Assembly: GCF_038025025.1 (NCBI RefSeq)
Contig: NW_027117341.1
Location: 1,798,001-1,862,000 of the forward strand
Direction: 5' to 3'
DNA length: 64,000 nt
Origin: Phyllosticta citribraziliensis
Lineage: Eukaryota
Shown: positions 46,701-59,300 of the stretch, piece by piece
Layout of the letters: each line of letters begins with the position of its first letter
Numbering within the stretch: position 1 is the first letter of the stretch
The notes under the pieces: model-generated
Database searches by the model: none
What the model saw: the letters and a program-made list of their open reading frames with translations, nothing else
Told to the model about the DNA's origin: nothing
Translations under genes and position numbers: made by a program

Positions 46701-49449
46701 TCGAGTTGGTCATCGTCGAGCCATGGCATGCCTCCCGCTGCGCCGGCCTTGTGGAGTTTGAGAGACCTGCAAGATTTCCTGTTGCCCACTGACTTGGCGA
46801 GCAGATCGAGCAGGACTCGAGCATACTCGTCCCTTCGATTGAGCTTTTGAAGACACTGAGCATACATCTTGAGCATCGTGACTTCGACCAGATTCCATCG
46901 GTTCTGGGCATAGAGAGGGGCCATGTGGCTGAAGAATTGCGCCGCGGCTGAGAAGTCGCCGTCCTCGCTATTCCGGGTCAGCAAAGTTGCCTCGAATCCA
47001 TGGGAAGACGTACAATTTGATTGCAGCGAGATCCCCCATGATGCTCTCTGCAGACTTGGATCGGTTCGCGGCAAAGTAATGCTTCACTACCAAATCGCTC
47101 AAGTTCTGCTCATGTTAGTATGGTAACCAGTCTCTTCTCGTCGTGCATACCTCGAATAATTTCCTGAAGTCCTCAAATGTAGATGTTGCCTCGCGAAGCG
47201 ACGGCTCGCAAACACCAGCCATCTTTTCTCCCTTGGGAGCATCCCCGTTGACCTCCTCGCCATTGGTCGTGGCTTTGGGCTCGTCATCGAGTGACACATC
47301 GGTGAATGTTTGGTCTTGATGCTTAGCAGCCACAGACGCCCATCCCAAAAGCCAATTCAGCTTTTTGCCTATCCGTTCCAGGATTCTCCTCTGAATCAGA
47401 TAGAGCTCTGCACGATGTGCTGCGAGTTCCAGTTGACCTGACTTTTGAGTGCGACCCGAGCCCAGGTCCGTCTTTGCACTGTTGGTGCTGTTGGACTTGC
47501 CGTGCTCGAATACCACCTGGCCCTGTCGGATTTGAGGTAGTTCCTGGACCGACGTGCGGCGATCCAACAAAGAGCTCGAACGCTTGGGATGCAAGGTCCT
47601 GTTTTGATCAGGGACAGCGACTTTGAGGTCGTTTTTGGGCGCTAGACGGTTTGAGGAAGAGCCGGGCCTTGATGCAGATTTGGACCCGCCTGAAGATTCG
47701 GGCAGCGCAGAGGTAATGGTATCGTTGAGCACTTGCTGTGCCACGGCATAGCTCCACGACGAGATGAAGTTGTCTGTGAGATTGGCCGGGTATTCCTCCT
47801 CTTCCGTTTCTAGACTGTGGCCCAAATCCCGCCGCATCATGTGCGCAGCTATATTCAAGAAGCCCATGGCTCGTCGACAAAGCTCAGCGAGATGTGTCAG
47901 GTCTTCGTTTTGCTCTTCTTCGTCGGCTTTGGTGCCCAGGAAAAGATCGTCGGCCGATTTGGCACCCTCGATTGCCGTTGCAGGGACCTGAATGCTGTGC
48001 CGGGAGGTTGGCCTCGAATTAGGTCTCGAGCTTGGCCTCGAGCCATTCCAAAACTCGGATCGCGACGCTGATGCATTTCCAAGCCGCAGGAGCAGAGCCA
48101 TCTGGCGCGAAAAGATGTAGCTCTGGAAATCAAATACAGAAATGTTGTTTGACAGAATCATGCCCCTGTAGTCCTTTCGTGACGAGCTGATTGGCTTGCT
48201 GTTGAATGGATCGAACTGCGGTGCCTTTTTAGAGTTGATGAGTTGTTGTTTTAGATCCTCGGTATGCTCCAGAAAAGACTGCGCAGAAGTAGATCCCTCT
48301 GCAGCCTGCTCTCGGATAATGGCGTCCAGCCCAACGGACAGCTCGTCATAACCAACCAAAGCATCCTCGACAAGTCCAACGCTCTCAAAGCCCCGCGCCA
48401 AGCCTTCTTTGAGCATGAAAAAGGTATTAAAGTTCCAACCAGGTAAATGTCTCTGGGCGTCCTTTTCTTTAATATCTTCTTCATACTGGCTGACACGCAG
48501 ATCAAACGAGATTAAGATGAGGGCCTTGAACTTGGTAATGCTGTCACTCCAGGAATTGATAATCTCCTGAGAGCTCTCCTTGTACGGATTTGGATCACCC
48601 CCGATGCCAGGAGGAAGAAGATGAGGAGGGATATCCTTCATCTCCAATCGAATCTGGGCCACGCGGTCCGGGGCCGTCTTGGTGGCAACGTTGAAATCAT
48701 GGCGAATCTTTTCAAAGAGGGTGGTCGAAGCACGCCAGCGGGAGGCGCTGGGCTTGTCGAGAGTCCCCGAAGTAGCGCTGGTAGAGCCGCTGAAGCGCGG
48801 CTGGGCGGATGCTGCGGTGTCTGGAAGCACGACGTGCAGAATCAAATACTCGTAGGCGTCGTGGTTCTCCTGGTTGCTCTTCTTCTCGCCTTCGGTGCTG
48901 GGGGCGTTCTCTCGGATCCATTCGCGGATTTGCTTGCGGGCAGTCACCTTGTAGGTGTCGTTGTCGTCGCACCTGAGCAGATAGACTTTGAGATAGGGCG
49001 TCTGGCTCAAGCCGGGAATCTGATGACGTCGTTTGCGGCCATCAGAGGAACCCGGGCGCGCCGAGGCCGAGGAGGCGGCGCGCATGCGCGAGCCATCGTG
49101 ACCGGAAGAAGTAGGCCGGGATTTGAGAAAATCGTCCGTAGGGTCCCGTCCAGGCACCAGCTCGACGTGGAGCGAGTCAATGGAGCGCAGAGGGCGCGAA
49201 GGAGATTTCCAATGGAGATTGCGCAGCGGCAGGCGGGACCTCAGATGCGGCTCTACAATAGGGAAAAGGCCAGCGGGATCGTAATATTCGACTAGAGGCA
49301 GCGGTTAGCATGGGTCAATGATGCATAGCTAGCAAACACATGGGTGGGCGCGTTGTGGGCGTACCCGTGACCTTTGAGCTAGAAGAGGCGGCCATGATGC
49401 GTCGTTCGGCATGGGGCGCTTGGTCGGCATGCCCATCGGCGTCCGTCAT
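43739..49449 (-). CDS. TRS130: TRAPPII subunit Trs130/TRAPPC10 (multi-exon; start 49449 or 49395)
   Basis: SKVTVEYYDPAGLF, LPLRNLHWKSPSRPLRSI, RRHQIPGL.QTPYLK, LPGWNFNTFFMLKEGLARGFE; C-terminal WLVAGPKRAFF. Confidence 0.93.
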
Positions 49450-49831
49450 ACACTCGACGATAAATTTTTGGCTGGCTCGACTGTTGCGACGACAGACGGC
49501 TCCGGACGCGGTGAAGGGGGATCGGGGGTTGACAGCGAGTCGTTTGTCCCGAAGCAGCCATGATCTGCCCGCGCGCTAGCTCCGGCCGCGTCCCCGTCCG
49601 CGTCCACCGCCTGCGACATTATCACCTATGTACATGCACCTACAACACCACAACCACCTCACTGTCCAAGCTGGACGAGAACGACTCACGCACAACAATT
49701 TCGTCGTAATTGCTTCATTCCATCACTCGTCATACACTTCATCTCGTCTGGAAGTTTCCTTGTACATACAGACTATACAGCCAAATGGAGCCTCCCAGTA
49801 AAACGCCTCATGTCCTGCCATCTAGGTCTGT

Positions 49832-51554
49832 TCAACTCACTCGCACCCCGTGCGCATACACCGCATCCCCCGGCCTCCATGTATCCTCCTGTCGCGTGCC
49901 CGGCGCCAACCACCCCACGGCGCCGCTCTCCCTCCGCGGTCGGCCCGGGCCGGCGTCGTCACGCTTCTTCTCGTCTCTATTGAATCCATTGGCATACCCA
50001 GTCATCACGCCATTGGGCGGCGGGGTGTTCGAGGTGCTTACAATTGCAGATGGTCTCTCTGCCAGCTTCTCCAGCGCCAGTGGGAGCAGCGACTCTTGGC
50101 GGTTCGCCGCCGACTGCAACATCTTTGCCTTTTGGTCGGCGCGGTTGTCTCTCGTGCGGTCGTACAGGTAGAGCCCGACGAACGTGAGCCCAATGCCCAT
50201 AGCCTGGATGCGTGTCATCGGATTGCCATACCAAATGATTGCAAACACGATTACGAAGACGCGTTTGATCAGACTCGCCACCGAGTACGTGACGGGGCTG
50301 ACCATGGACAGGAGAACAAAGGCAACGAGGTTCTGCGCAAAATGAAACGTGCCGTTGAAAATGTACTCTAGCGTAAGGCGGCCGTGGTCGTAGCTGCCAG
50401 GCCGCACCTCTAGGTCGATCGACGCGTCGTACATGAAATCCGTCAGAATGTGGAATCCCTCGGAGAAGAACCAGATGGGGGCCGTGCACAGAAACGCTAG
50501 ACCCGCAGAGTAACACAGCAGGTTCAGCTTGTCGGGCTTGCGGCGCTTGATTGGCTGGTTGTCCTGCTCGGCCTGCTCGGCCTCGTTGAAGAGCTTCTTT
50601 GAAACAATGTTTTGAGTCACAAACAGGAGGGCACTGCCGAATGCGCAAATGAGGCCAATGAAGTTGCCTGAGAAGTTGGCGGAGCATGCCAGAATCACCC
50701 CCATCGTGAGGGGCACCAGCGACAAGTATGTATAGACAGAGTAGTGGATCCGAAAGTAGAATCGATATGCCAGCACCGTGAAAAGAGGCGAGAGACCTTT
50801 GATGGTGTGGACCAGCGACACGGGGATTCGTGACATGGCATCGGAGCTCAAAATGTGGCCACCGATTTGGAACACCGTCAGAGGGAGGGTCGTAATAATT
50901 ATTTCCTTATTAGGCGGCTGGATCCCATACTTCAACGCCGGTATCAACGATTTCAGCCGTGGGAATTTTTTTGATAGCCATGACAGGACGAGGCACCAGG
51001 ACGAAACGAAGAGGAATTGGACGAGGGTGAGGGTAATTGGCTTTGGGAAGGCGGTTAGGATGGCCTTGGACGACGTATTCGACATGATTGAGGTCGTGTA
51101 CCAGACGCCGCAAAGAGCCTGTTGATGGTGTGAGCCTCGCGGTCCGTCGAACGGGACCGACCCAACTTACGATAAGCTTCAGGGAAATTGGCGCCCTTAG
51201 CGCGTCCGCTATTTCGTGGGCGTTGGCGCTCACGCTGGCGCGCCGAGTCCTGATTGTTCTCAGAGCTTCACTCAGGCTCTTTTGTCTCCCATGTCTTGTT
51301 GTTCCTCCCACGGCATTGCCGTTGCCCCACCGCGCCCCGGACTCCTTGCGGGGGTACCAGCGATCCCCCGGAGGAAAAGCACCCTCCCCCGGCCTGATGG
51401 GGCTCGGCGAGCGAACCGGTATGCCAATGTCTCCCATGCCGTCTCCAGCGTGCGGCGGGAGGACGTCGGGAGAGAAGGGCGGGAACTTGAAGGTGCGCGG
51501 CGACGCAGCAGCCGCGGGATGCGGCTCGCTGGTGGGAAGAGAGTTGGACGCCAT
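49832..51554 (-). CDS. SLY41: Triose-phosphate/nucleotide-sugar transporter family, Sly41-like (one intron near 51120-51168)
   Basis: IPVSLVHTIKGLSPLFTV, LFVTQNIVSKKLFN, KLNLLCY, VSPVTYSVASLIKRVFVI. Confidence 0.85.
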
Positions 51555-52074
51555 GAGGCCGGATCGATGTGTGGAGTCGTCGGGTCGCTCAAGCCATGAG
51601 AGAGGACGGGAAGGCGGACAAGGTGTTGGAGCTGGCGAGGAGGGATGGCAACGTATGCCGCCCTGGAGAGCTGGCCTGTGTTACGAGAGGACGGGTGCAA
51701 CGGTCGGCGTGGTGTTGGTGGGTGGTGTCGATGGCGAGGACGGACGAGGACAGCATTGACGGGCTCGCGGTGGAGTCGCAGTGGTCTCGGGCAGTGACGA
51801 GACAGGCCGGGATCCAGGCGTGATGACGGGAATCGGGACGGCGGTGCTGAAGGTTGTGGTGGTGCACTGTGCAGCGCCAGTCTTCACCTTTGGTCGGGCT
51901 GGGCTTCCGGTTGACCTTTGCACACGCGGCGTCTGCAGGGATCGCCGTACATGCCCTCGGCCCTAAACCCAAACGGGCCCGTCACCTCACACCTCACCAC
52001 CCACCCGTCTTCATGCACCACGACCCAGCCATGGCCTAGTGATCGTGCCGTAGTTCCATGGTCAACCGCTAACC

Positions 52075-54930
52075 ATGCTCTCTTCCCCCGCCCTCTTGGG
52101 CGCCCTCTTGGGCATGTCAACGGATATTGTCGACTCGTTCAGGCCTGCTGCCATGCTTCCCCAGATCTCTCTCAACCCTCCCTCCCGTTCCCAACCCCAT
52201 GCCATGCTTGCCTTGTCGCCTGTCTGGCAGCTTCTTGGCCCATTTCAGATAGGAACCCGAGGCATGCCACCCCGTATCTGCGCCGGTGATGCGTCCATTG
52301 ACTCGTTTGCGCAGAGGCGCCATGGGGGGCGGATCCCCTGGAATACTACGGGGGCTTTCGCAGCCTCGAGTACAATGACTCGTCCATCTTTCGGAGCTCC
52401 CTAACCCCAAACGGCACCGTCAAGTGGTCAAAGGTGACGGGCGATGCCTCGACGACGCACGGCGGCGGCGCCAATGCGTCTGTGACTGTAGAGTTTCCTC
52501 AGGTCGACTGGGATTTCCTTTCCAACGTCTACGGCTGGTCCTCGTCCCAGTGCCAGGCTTGGATTCGGGGGAGCATCAAGGTCGACGGTGAAGGAATAAA
52601 GACTGCCCTGCTATACACTGATTTTTTACTCGAGTTTTGGCTGGATGGCGTACCTTACTTTGGTGGCGACTTTTATGGCTTCAGAAAAGCACCCCCAGTG
52701 CTCCATCTTGGTCCAGGATCGCATCGACTCGATATCCGCTTGTCCAGAGACGTAAGATCTTTAGGAGGGATAGGGGAGATTAACTTTCCAGTAAAGCTTG
52801 AGCTTGTTCCCGCGGGCAGATCAGGACCGCTAGAGCTGGCAGATGGGGTTTTAATTCCTGACGCTATCGACGGAAAACCGGCCGGACGATATGGATCAGT
52901 AGCTGTCCGCAATGTCGGCTTCGAAGATGTCGAGGTCATCTCGGTCAAGACTTTGACGGTGAGTATCTGCCAAGTTCAACAGATCGTCTTGCCTGACAGA
53001 CTCTAGACCGGTTGGACTATCGAAAACCTTACAAGACCAACGAAACTCGTTCCTGGCCAAACGAGGCCCATCCCATTCGAGTTATCCTCTGATGGCAGTA
53101 ATGTGTCGAAGATAGAGCTGGAGGTCAGCTACACGCGGCAAAATAATGGTGTATCCAGTATCACAACGACACAAGACCTGACAAGAATATCAGCGTACGA
53201 ACCCCACAAGGTAACATTTCTTCACCCTGGTGGTATAGTCTCTTATGCAATACTCCGTCCTCCTGCAAAGACTGCCGCATGTGGCAAAGCCACCTCCGCG
53301 CCAGTCCTCCTTCAGCTTCACGGAGCCGGATTAGAAGCGGACAATCCAGAATGGAGACGCGTTCTGGAGCCGCTCCCTGATTTGTGTGCCTGGGTCCTCT
53401 TGCCGACGGGAGCTACGCCATGGAGTGGAGATGACTGGCATGCTTGGGGTTTTGCTGATGTCGAAGCCGCAATAGCCTCCATTCCGAGCTGGATCGAAGA
53501 TCATGACTGGGCAGGACCTGGCGTGGATACAGACCGCTGGCTTGTTGCCGGGCATTCCAACGGAGGACAGGGAGTTTGGTACACCATGACCCATCGTCCT
53601 GACAAGATCATTGCCGCTGCGCCCGTGTCCGGGTACTTGTCCATCGAGAAGTACGTGCCGTACGAGTTTTGGGCTCCCATGGATCCACGGAAGCAGTCGA
53701 TTCTCCGCGCGGCCTTGAACAGCTACCGTCATGAAATGCTCGTCGAAAACTGCAAGGGCATACCGATTCTCCAACAACACGGGGGCCGCGATACCAACGT
53801 GCCCAACTACCATTCCAGATTTATGAGCCAGCTTCTGCTGCAAGCTGGTGCGCCATCGACCTACGTGGAACGCCCTGGGGAGGATCACTACTATGATGGC
53901 GTCATGACTACTCCTTCTCTGAGTGAGCTCTACAAGAAGTTTGTTCCCAACGGAAATGCGTCGTCGTTGGCTCTAAAACGCTTCAGCATCGTCGTTGCAA
54001 ATCCAGGAGATATGGGGTCAAAAGGCGGCATCAAGGTGACACAGCTCATTACTCCAGGACAGTATGCTCGTATGGATGTTACTCTCGATCCTCTCAACGA
54101 GGAGACTTGCCTTTACCAGATCAAAACGAGCAATGTCTTGAGCTTTCGAATAACACCTCAATCTTGTACCGATGCGCATGTGGCGATTGATCGGTCGACG
54201 GTGGCCACGAGCATCAAGAGGTCCCATGGAGAATCGGAGTTTAGAAAGAGCGACGGGTTCTGGAAGGTAGGCGAAAGTGATCGTTGCGGGCTGAAAATTC
54301 TCTGACCGTTGGTAGCAAACTTCTCCCGTAGCCCCATTTCGCCAGGTCATGCAGTACCGCCGTCAAGGGCGACAGCTCGGCCAGATGGATGCCATACTCA
54401 GAAGCAACGGCAGCTTCATTATCAACCATCATGGCGGAGACACGTACGGTATCGCCCTCCAGATATCTCGCAACTTTTACCAGTACTTTTCGGCAGACTC
54501 TGTGATTGGACATGGACCGGCTACTGGCAACTCGATCCTCATAGTAACGGGACAGAGGCTTGCGGAGAGTCCAGTCGCATCGTTCCCGATCCGCGTCACG
54601 GGAGGCTCGGAAATCAGGCTCATCGACAATGAAGGGGAAGAACATATTTACGAGGGCGAGGGAATCTCGGCAATCTTCTTGCGGCCTGCGGCAAAGGTCG
54701 TCCATGGAAACCACGTCGTTGAGCAGGAAAATCTGGAGTTGGTCATCTGGGCACCCAGCGCACGGCAAGCCGCAACTGCTGCCAGGCTGGTGCCCATGCT
54801 GACGGGTGGAGGGCAGCCGGATTTCATCGTTCTGGGCAATAGCAGCAAGTGGAAGGGAGTAGAAGGTGCTCTGGCAATGGGCTTCTATGACGACCAGTGG
54901 AGGATTGTTGGGTCATCGATTTTTACTTGA
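52075..54930 (+). CDS. Uncharacterised alpha/beta hydrolase (peptidase S9/esterase-like), possibly secreted; multi-exon
   Basis: LGPFQIGTRE..WGADPLE, LHGAGLE, nucleophile elbow GHSNGGQG, QQHGGRDTNVP, late His (DHYY). The first intron needs a GC donor (52262-52314). Confidence 0.85.
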
Positions 54931-55641
54931 GGGGCGCGGTTCGGCCTCTTTTTGCACGTCGGCGTATAGGTAATCCCTTTCCGTCACCACGGCACGTGAT
55001 CGGCTCGCTTATTTCGCCGTAGTCCGTTGTTGTGGTGTTGATTGACCTTGTGTATGCCTCGAGGCTGAACCTCTTCCACCACCCGCCCTCCCCACCACCC
55101 TCCCCCAAGTCAAGATTGGCCTTTCCGCTTGTTTTGTTGAACTGATTGAGCGCGCATTTGAGAACTTTACGGAGCCGTCACTCCTTCTTGTTTGGTTGCT
55201 CTCGACCAGCACGCAGCTTCAGTTGGTCGCTCAGATTGGCGACGTGCCAGAGGCGCGCACCAGCAAAGCAGCACGCCAGCTGCCTCCCCGGAGCGCATCT
55301 GGCTCGGCGCCTGCCTTCTCCACGAGACCCTGATCGCCCACGGCACCGCAGTCACTTCCCCACGGCAGGCCTCGCTTCGCTTCTCAATTCTCGATTCTCA
55401 CGTTAGTGCTTCCTTCTTCCTTCTCTCCTCCCTCGCTCCCCTCCCACGCTTTTCTCCTCCCGCTCGTGTCTCTCGGCCTGTCCCTCTCGCATCTTGCCTG
55501 TCATCTACTGCCACTTCTTTCGACTCGCTTTGGCTGACACCCACCACCAGCGTGTTGTGATCTCATATTCGCCTTATTCCCCACACTCTTGACCCTCCGA
55601 TACCTTCTCCCTCCGCCCCACCTTCTGCCTCCATCGACAAC

Positions 55642-58225
55642 ATGGCTGGCAGTACTCCCCGCAAGGCCACCACCTCGCCCATGGCTTCTCACAGCGAAGA
55701 CATGGGCCTCGGCTCCTCACCTCCTGTGTTTGGCTACGTAAGTCTTGCAGCCGCTCCTCTACTCTGTCGATTCTGTCTGACCAAGCAACAGGGAACCAAG
55801 CGAAACAATCAGATGGTGACTCGCACCGACTCCCCCGGCCCCTTGAGCACTTCCAAGTCGGGCAATAGCCACAAGCCCTTCAAGGTTGCTGGCGATCACA
55901 ACGATGCGGAAATCCAGAATCTCACTTACCGTCTCAAGCAGATGGCTAAAACGAGTTCTCCTACCGCCCCGCTCTCTGACGAGGCCAATGCCAACTTTGC
56001 CATGAACACCCTCCTTGCCAAGATCTCCGAACAGCAGAACACCATGGCCAAGCAGCCCAAAGACGTGTACAGCGAGGACAAGGGCAGCAACGGACTGGCC
56101 GTAAGTCACTCCTCGTGGTGTTCAATCCCAGGTTGCTAACAAGCATTAGTCTGACCGTTCCTCTCCTGACACCATGTCCATGTCTACCGCCGACGACAAG
56201 CCTGTCCTTACTCCGATGCTCAGCGAGCCTGACCCAGAGCAAGTCTCTCATCTCCGCAAGGAGCTCGAGATGGCCAACAAGAAGATTGCCCTCATGGACG
56301 AGGAGCTGGCCCAGACAAAGATCACCACCCACACCATCAATCAGGCCCTTGGCCCTCCCTCCGAGGCCAGCTTTGACCTTCGTAGTGACGCGGGCGAGCA
56401 GAGCGACAACAAGATGCAATACACGTTCAACCCTGCTGCTCGCATTCCTGCCATGGCTCGCCACGATACCTGGCCTCAGAACGGTGAGGCTGCTCCGGGC
56501 ACGAACGGTGTTATTCCCGGCGCTGGCTTCAACCGCCCTCGCTTTCCGACCCCGGGCATTTGGGGAAATGGCTTCAAGCCCAATGTGCCTTACCCAGCAG
56601 TCTCTGCGGCCGCCAACCCGCATGGCTATGGTATCGAGCAGTGGAATGCCAATGTCAGCCGTCAGGCTTTCAGCAACGGATTTGCCCCTTCTACCCCGGC
56701 CTTTGCTCCTGGCCCGCAGCCGCAGCGGTTTGGTCCTCCCATGATTCGTGGCTCTCAGACTGAGCCTGGCTTCCGTGGTATTAACCAGCCCTTCAGCGAC
56801 ATCTCCGCGAACCCCATGGGTCGCTTCAACCCACCTGGTCGCCCAACTTCTGCCTTTGGAAACCGTACTGACGGTTGGGGTGCTGGCTACCCTTACAATT
56901 CTGCTGTTCGTGTCCGTCCTGCTTCACAGCCGTATGGCACTAACATGTTTTTGTATGGACAGCCCACCCCATTCCCATCGCAGGCCCCCATCGGCAGCCG
57001 TCTCTCTCCGACCGCCGCTGAATTCAGTCTTGTCAACAACGGTTCTTCGAACGGATGGCCCGCCGCCTCTGAAGGTTCCGTCTCAACTTACATCTCGCCC
57101 AACGAGCCCGTCAACTACCGCAAGCTGCTCGATCGCAACGTCAACTGCAACTGGGAGCAGATTGTCAACAAGATTGTCCAGAATGACGACCAGCAGGCGT
57201 CCATCTTCCTGCAGCAAAAGCTCAAGATGGGTACGGGCGAGCAAAAGTTTGCCATTGTCGAGTCCATCATCTTCCAGGCCTACCCTCTCATGATCAACCG
57301 CTTCGGAAACTTTCTCGTTCAACGCTGCTTCGAACACGGCACTCAGGAGCAGATCATCGCCATTGCCAAGAGCATCACGGGCAATGTCATCGAGCTCAGC
57401 AAGGACGCTTTTGGCTGCCACGTCATCCAAAAGGCTTTCGATGCGGTCCCCGAGAGCTACAAGGCCGTCATGGTTCATGAGTTGCTTCGTGACATTCCCT
57501 CCACGGTCGTCCACCGCTACGCTTGCCACGTCTGGCAAAAGCTCTTTGAGCTCCACTGGATCGACGAGCCTCCTCAGATCATGCGTTATGTCAACGAGGC
57601 TCTTGCCGGAATGTGGCACCAGGTCGCTCTGGGCGAGACGGGCAGTCTTGTCGTGCAGAACATCTTCGAGAACTGTCTCGAGGAGGAGAAGCGTCCGGCC
57701 ATTGAGGAGGTCCTGGCCAGCATCGACCTCATTGCCCACGGCCAGTTCGGCAACTGGTGCATCCAGCACATTTGCGAGCATGGAGCCAGTCCCGACCGTG
57801 AGCGTGCCGTCGACTACATCTTGCGCAACGGTGTTCGCTTCAGCATGGATCAGTATGCCTCCAAGGTCGTCGAGAAGTGCCTCAAGATTGGCGGTTCCGA
57901 GTTCCTTGACAGCTACTTGGCCGTCGTTTGTGAGGGTCGCCCTGATCGCCCTCGCATCCCCCTCATCGACATTGCTGGCGACCAGTTTGGCAACTACTTG
58001 ATCCAGTACATCTTGGCCAACTCTGGACCGCAGCACCGCGACATTGTCATTTCGCACGTCCGCAAGCACATGGTCTCCCTCCGTGGATCCAAGTACGGCT
58101 CTCGTGTTGCCATGCTATGCTGTAACACAGCCACGTACACGCGTCCTGGTCCTCCTCCTGGTGTCCAGATGAACCGCCACAGCAGCTACGGCAGCGGTCG
58201 CGGCGGCTTCTCTGCCTACCACTGA
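55642..58225 (+). CDS. Pumilio/PUF RNA-binding protein (meiotic PUF Mpf1/Mcp2-like)
   Basis: PUF repeats with DQQASIFLQQKL, NRFGNFLVQRCFE, FGCHVIQKA, FGNWCIQH, YASKVVEK, FGNYLIQY; two 5' introns. Confidence 0.92.
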
Positions 58226-59300
58226 GGCCGGGGCTGTTTCGGTCAGACCCCGTCTTCATCTGGTGCATGAATGCATTTGTACGACTTTTTAAAAACCAAC
58301 ATGTCGGCGCTCCTCTTTCCCTTTTTCATGGAATTTCCCAGCAGTTGTCACCCCGATCGTATGCGTCTTGGTGTAGTCGTTTGACTTACCATACTACCAG
58401 AGTATCGACAGCGACGCGTCAAGTGCGAACATGTGCAGCCGACACGCAACGAACCCGCAGGCAACGGTTTCTCATCGAAGAGTGGTCCATTTCGGCATGC
58501 ATACAAGCAAGCATATGTTAGATGCGCCTTTGATTTTGCCGATTCTCTGATTTTCCTCGTTGTTTTCGACCGGCCATCTTCCAGCGATGCTCCTCAGGTC
58601 ATTGGATCATGGGTCGGACAGCAATCTCTCGTCCGGCGGCAAACGACGACATCTTCCAAGGTTGGCTGCATTAGCCTCTTGCATACCAGCACCAGAGCAG
58701 TCTTCTTTATCAGAGCATGCTGTTTTAGGAGGGGTCGCGCATAGTGCCTTGTTTTGACGTCGCTCACGGAAAAGGGTTACAAAAAAGGGGAAGAGGAAAA
58801 AGGCTGAGCGACTGAAGCTCTGTTGCTCTGTAATGGAATGGGGAGGTCGGCATGCGTGGTCATTTCGGACAGGTTCAGCAGCGAATAGCAGGATAGGTTG
58901 AGTAAATCAATAAAACATTTGCTCGATTGCTTTGTGGACAGTGAGCTGCATGCATGAGCGTTGGCCCGACGAGGAGATGTGGATGTGCGCAGGCACTGCA
59001 CTGGGGTGAAGTGGGCCAGGGCCCCTGGACCCCTCGACGCTGCGGTGCGGTGCGGTACGGTCGAAGCCAGGCGCAACTGCAACCGACGTCCGAGGTGCGC
59101 ATGCGCGGTGCTTGCCAGCCACATACGACGCCAACCACTCGAGCCCCCCGTCACTCAAGCGCCTGATCCAACCCTACTATCTTCTGACCCGGGCTTTTTG
59201 TATCCCTACGTTACGCGATTTCTAGACCAGACGGGACCCTTTGCCTCGCCGGCTGCCAACCTGCCAACCTGCCTGCCAACGGAACGTCTGACGGTTCCCA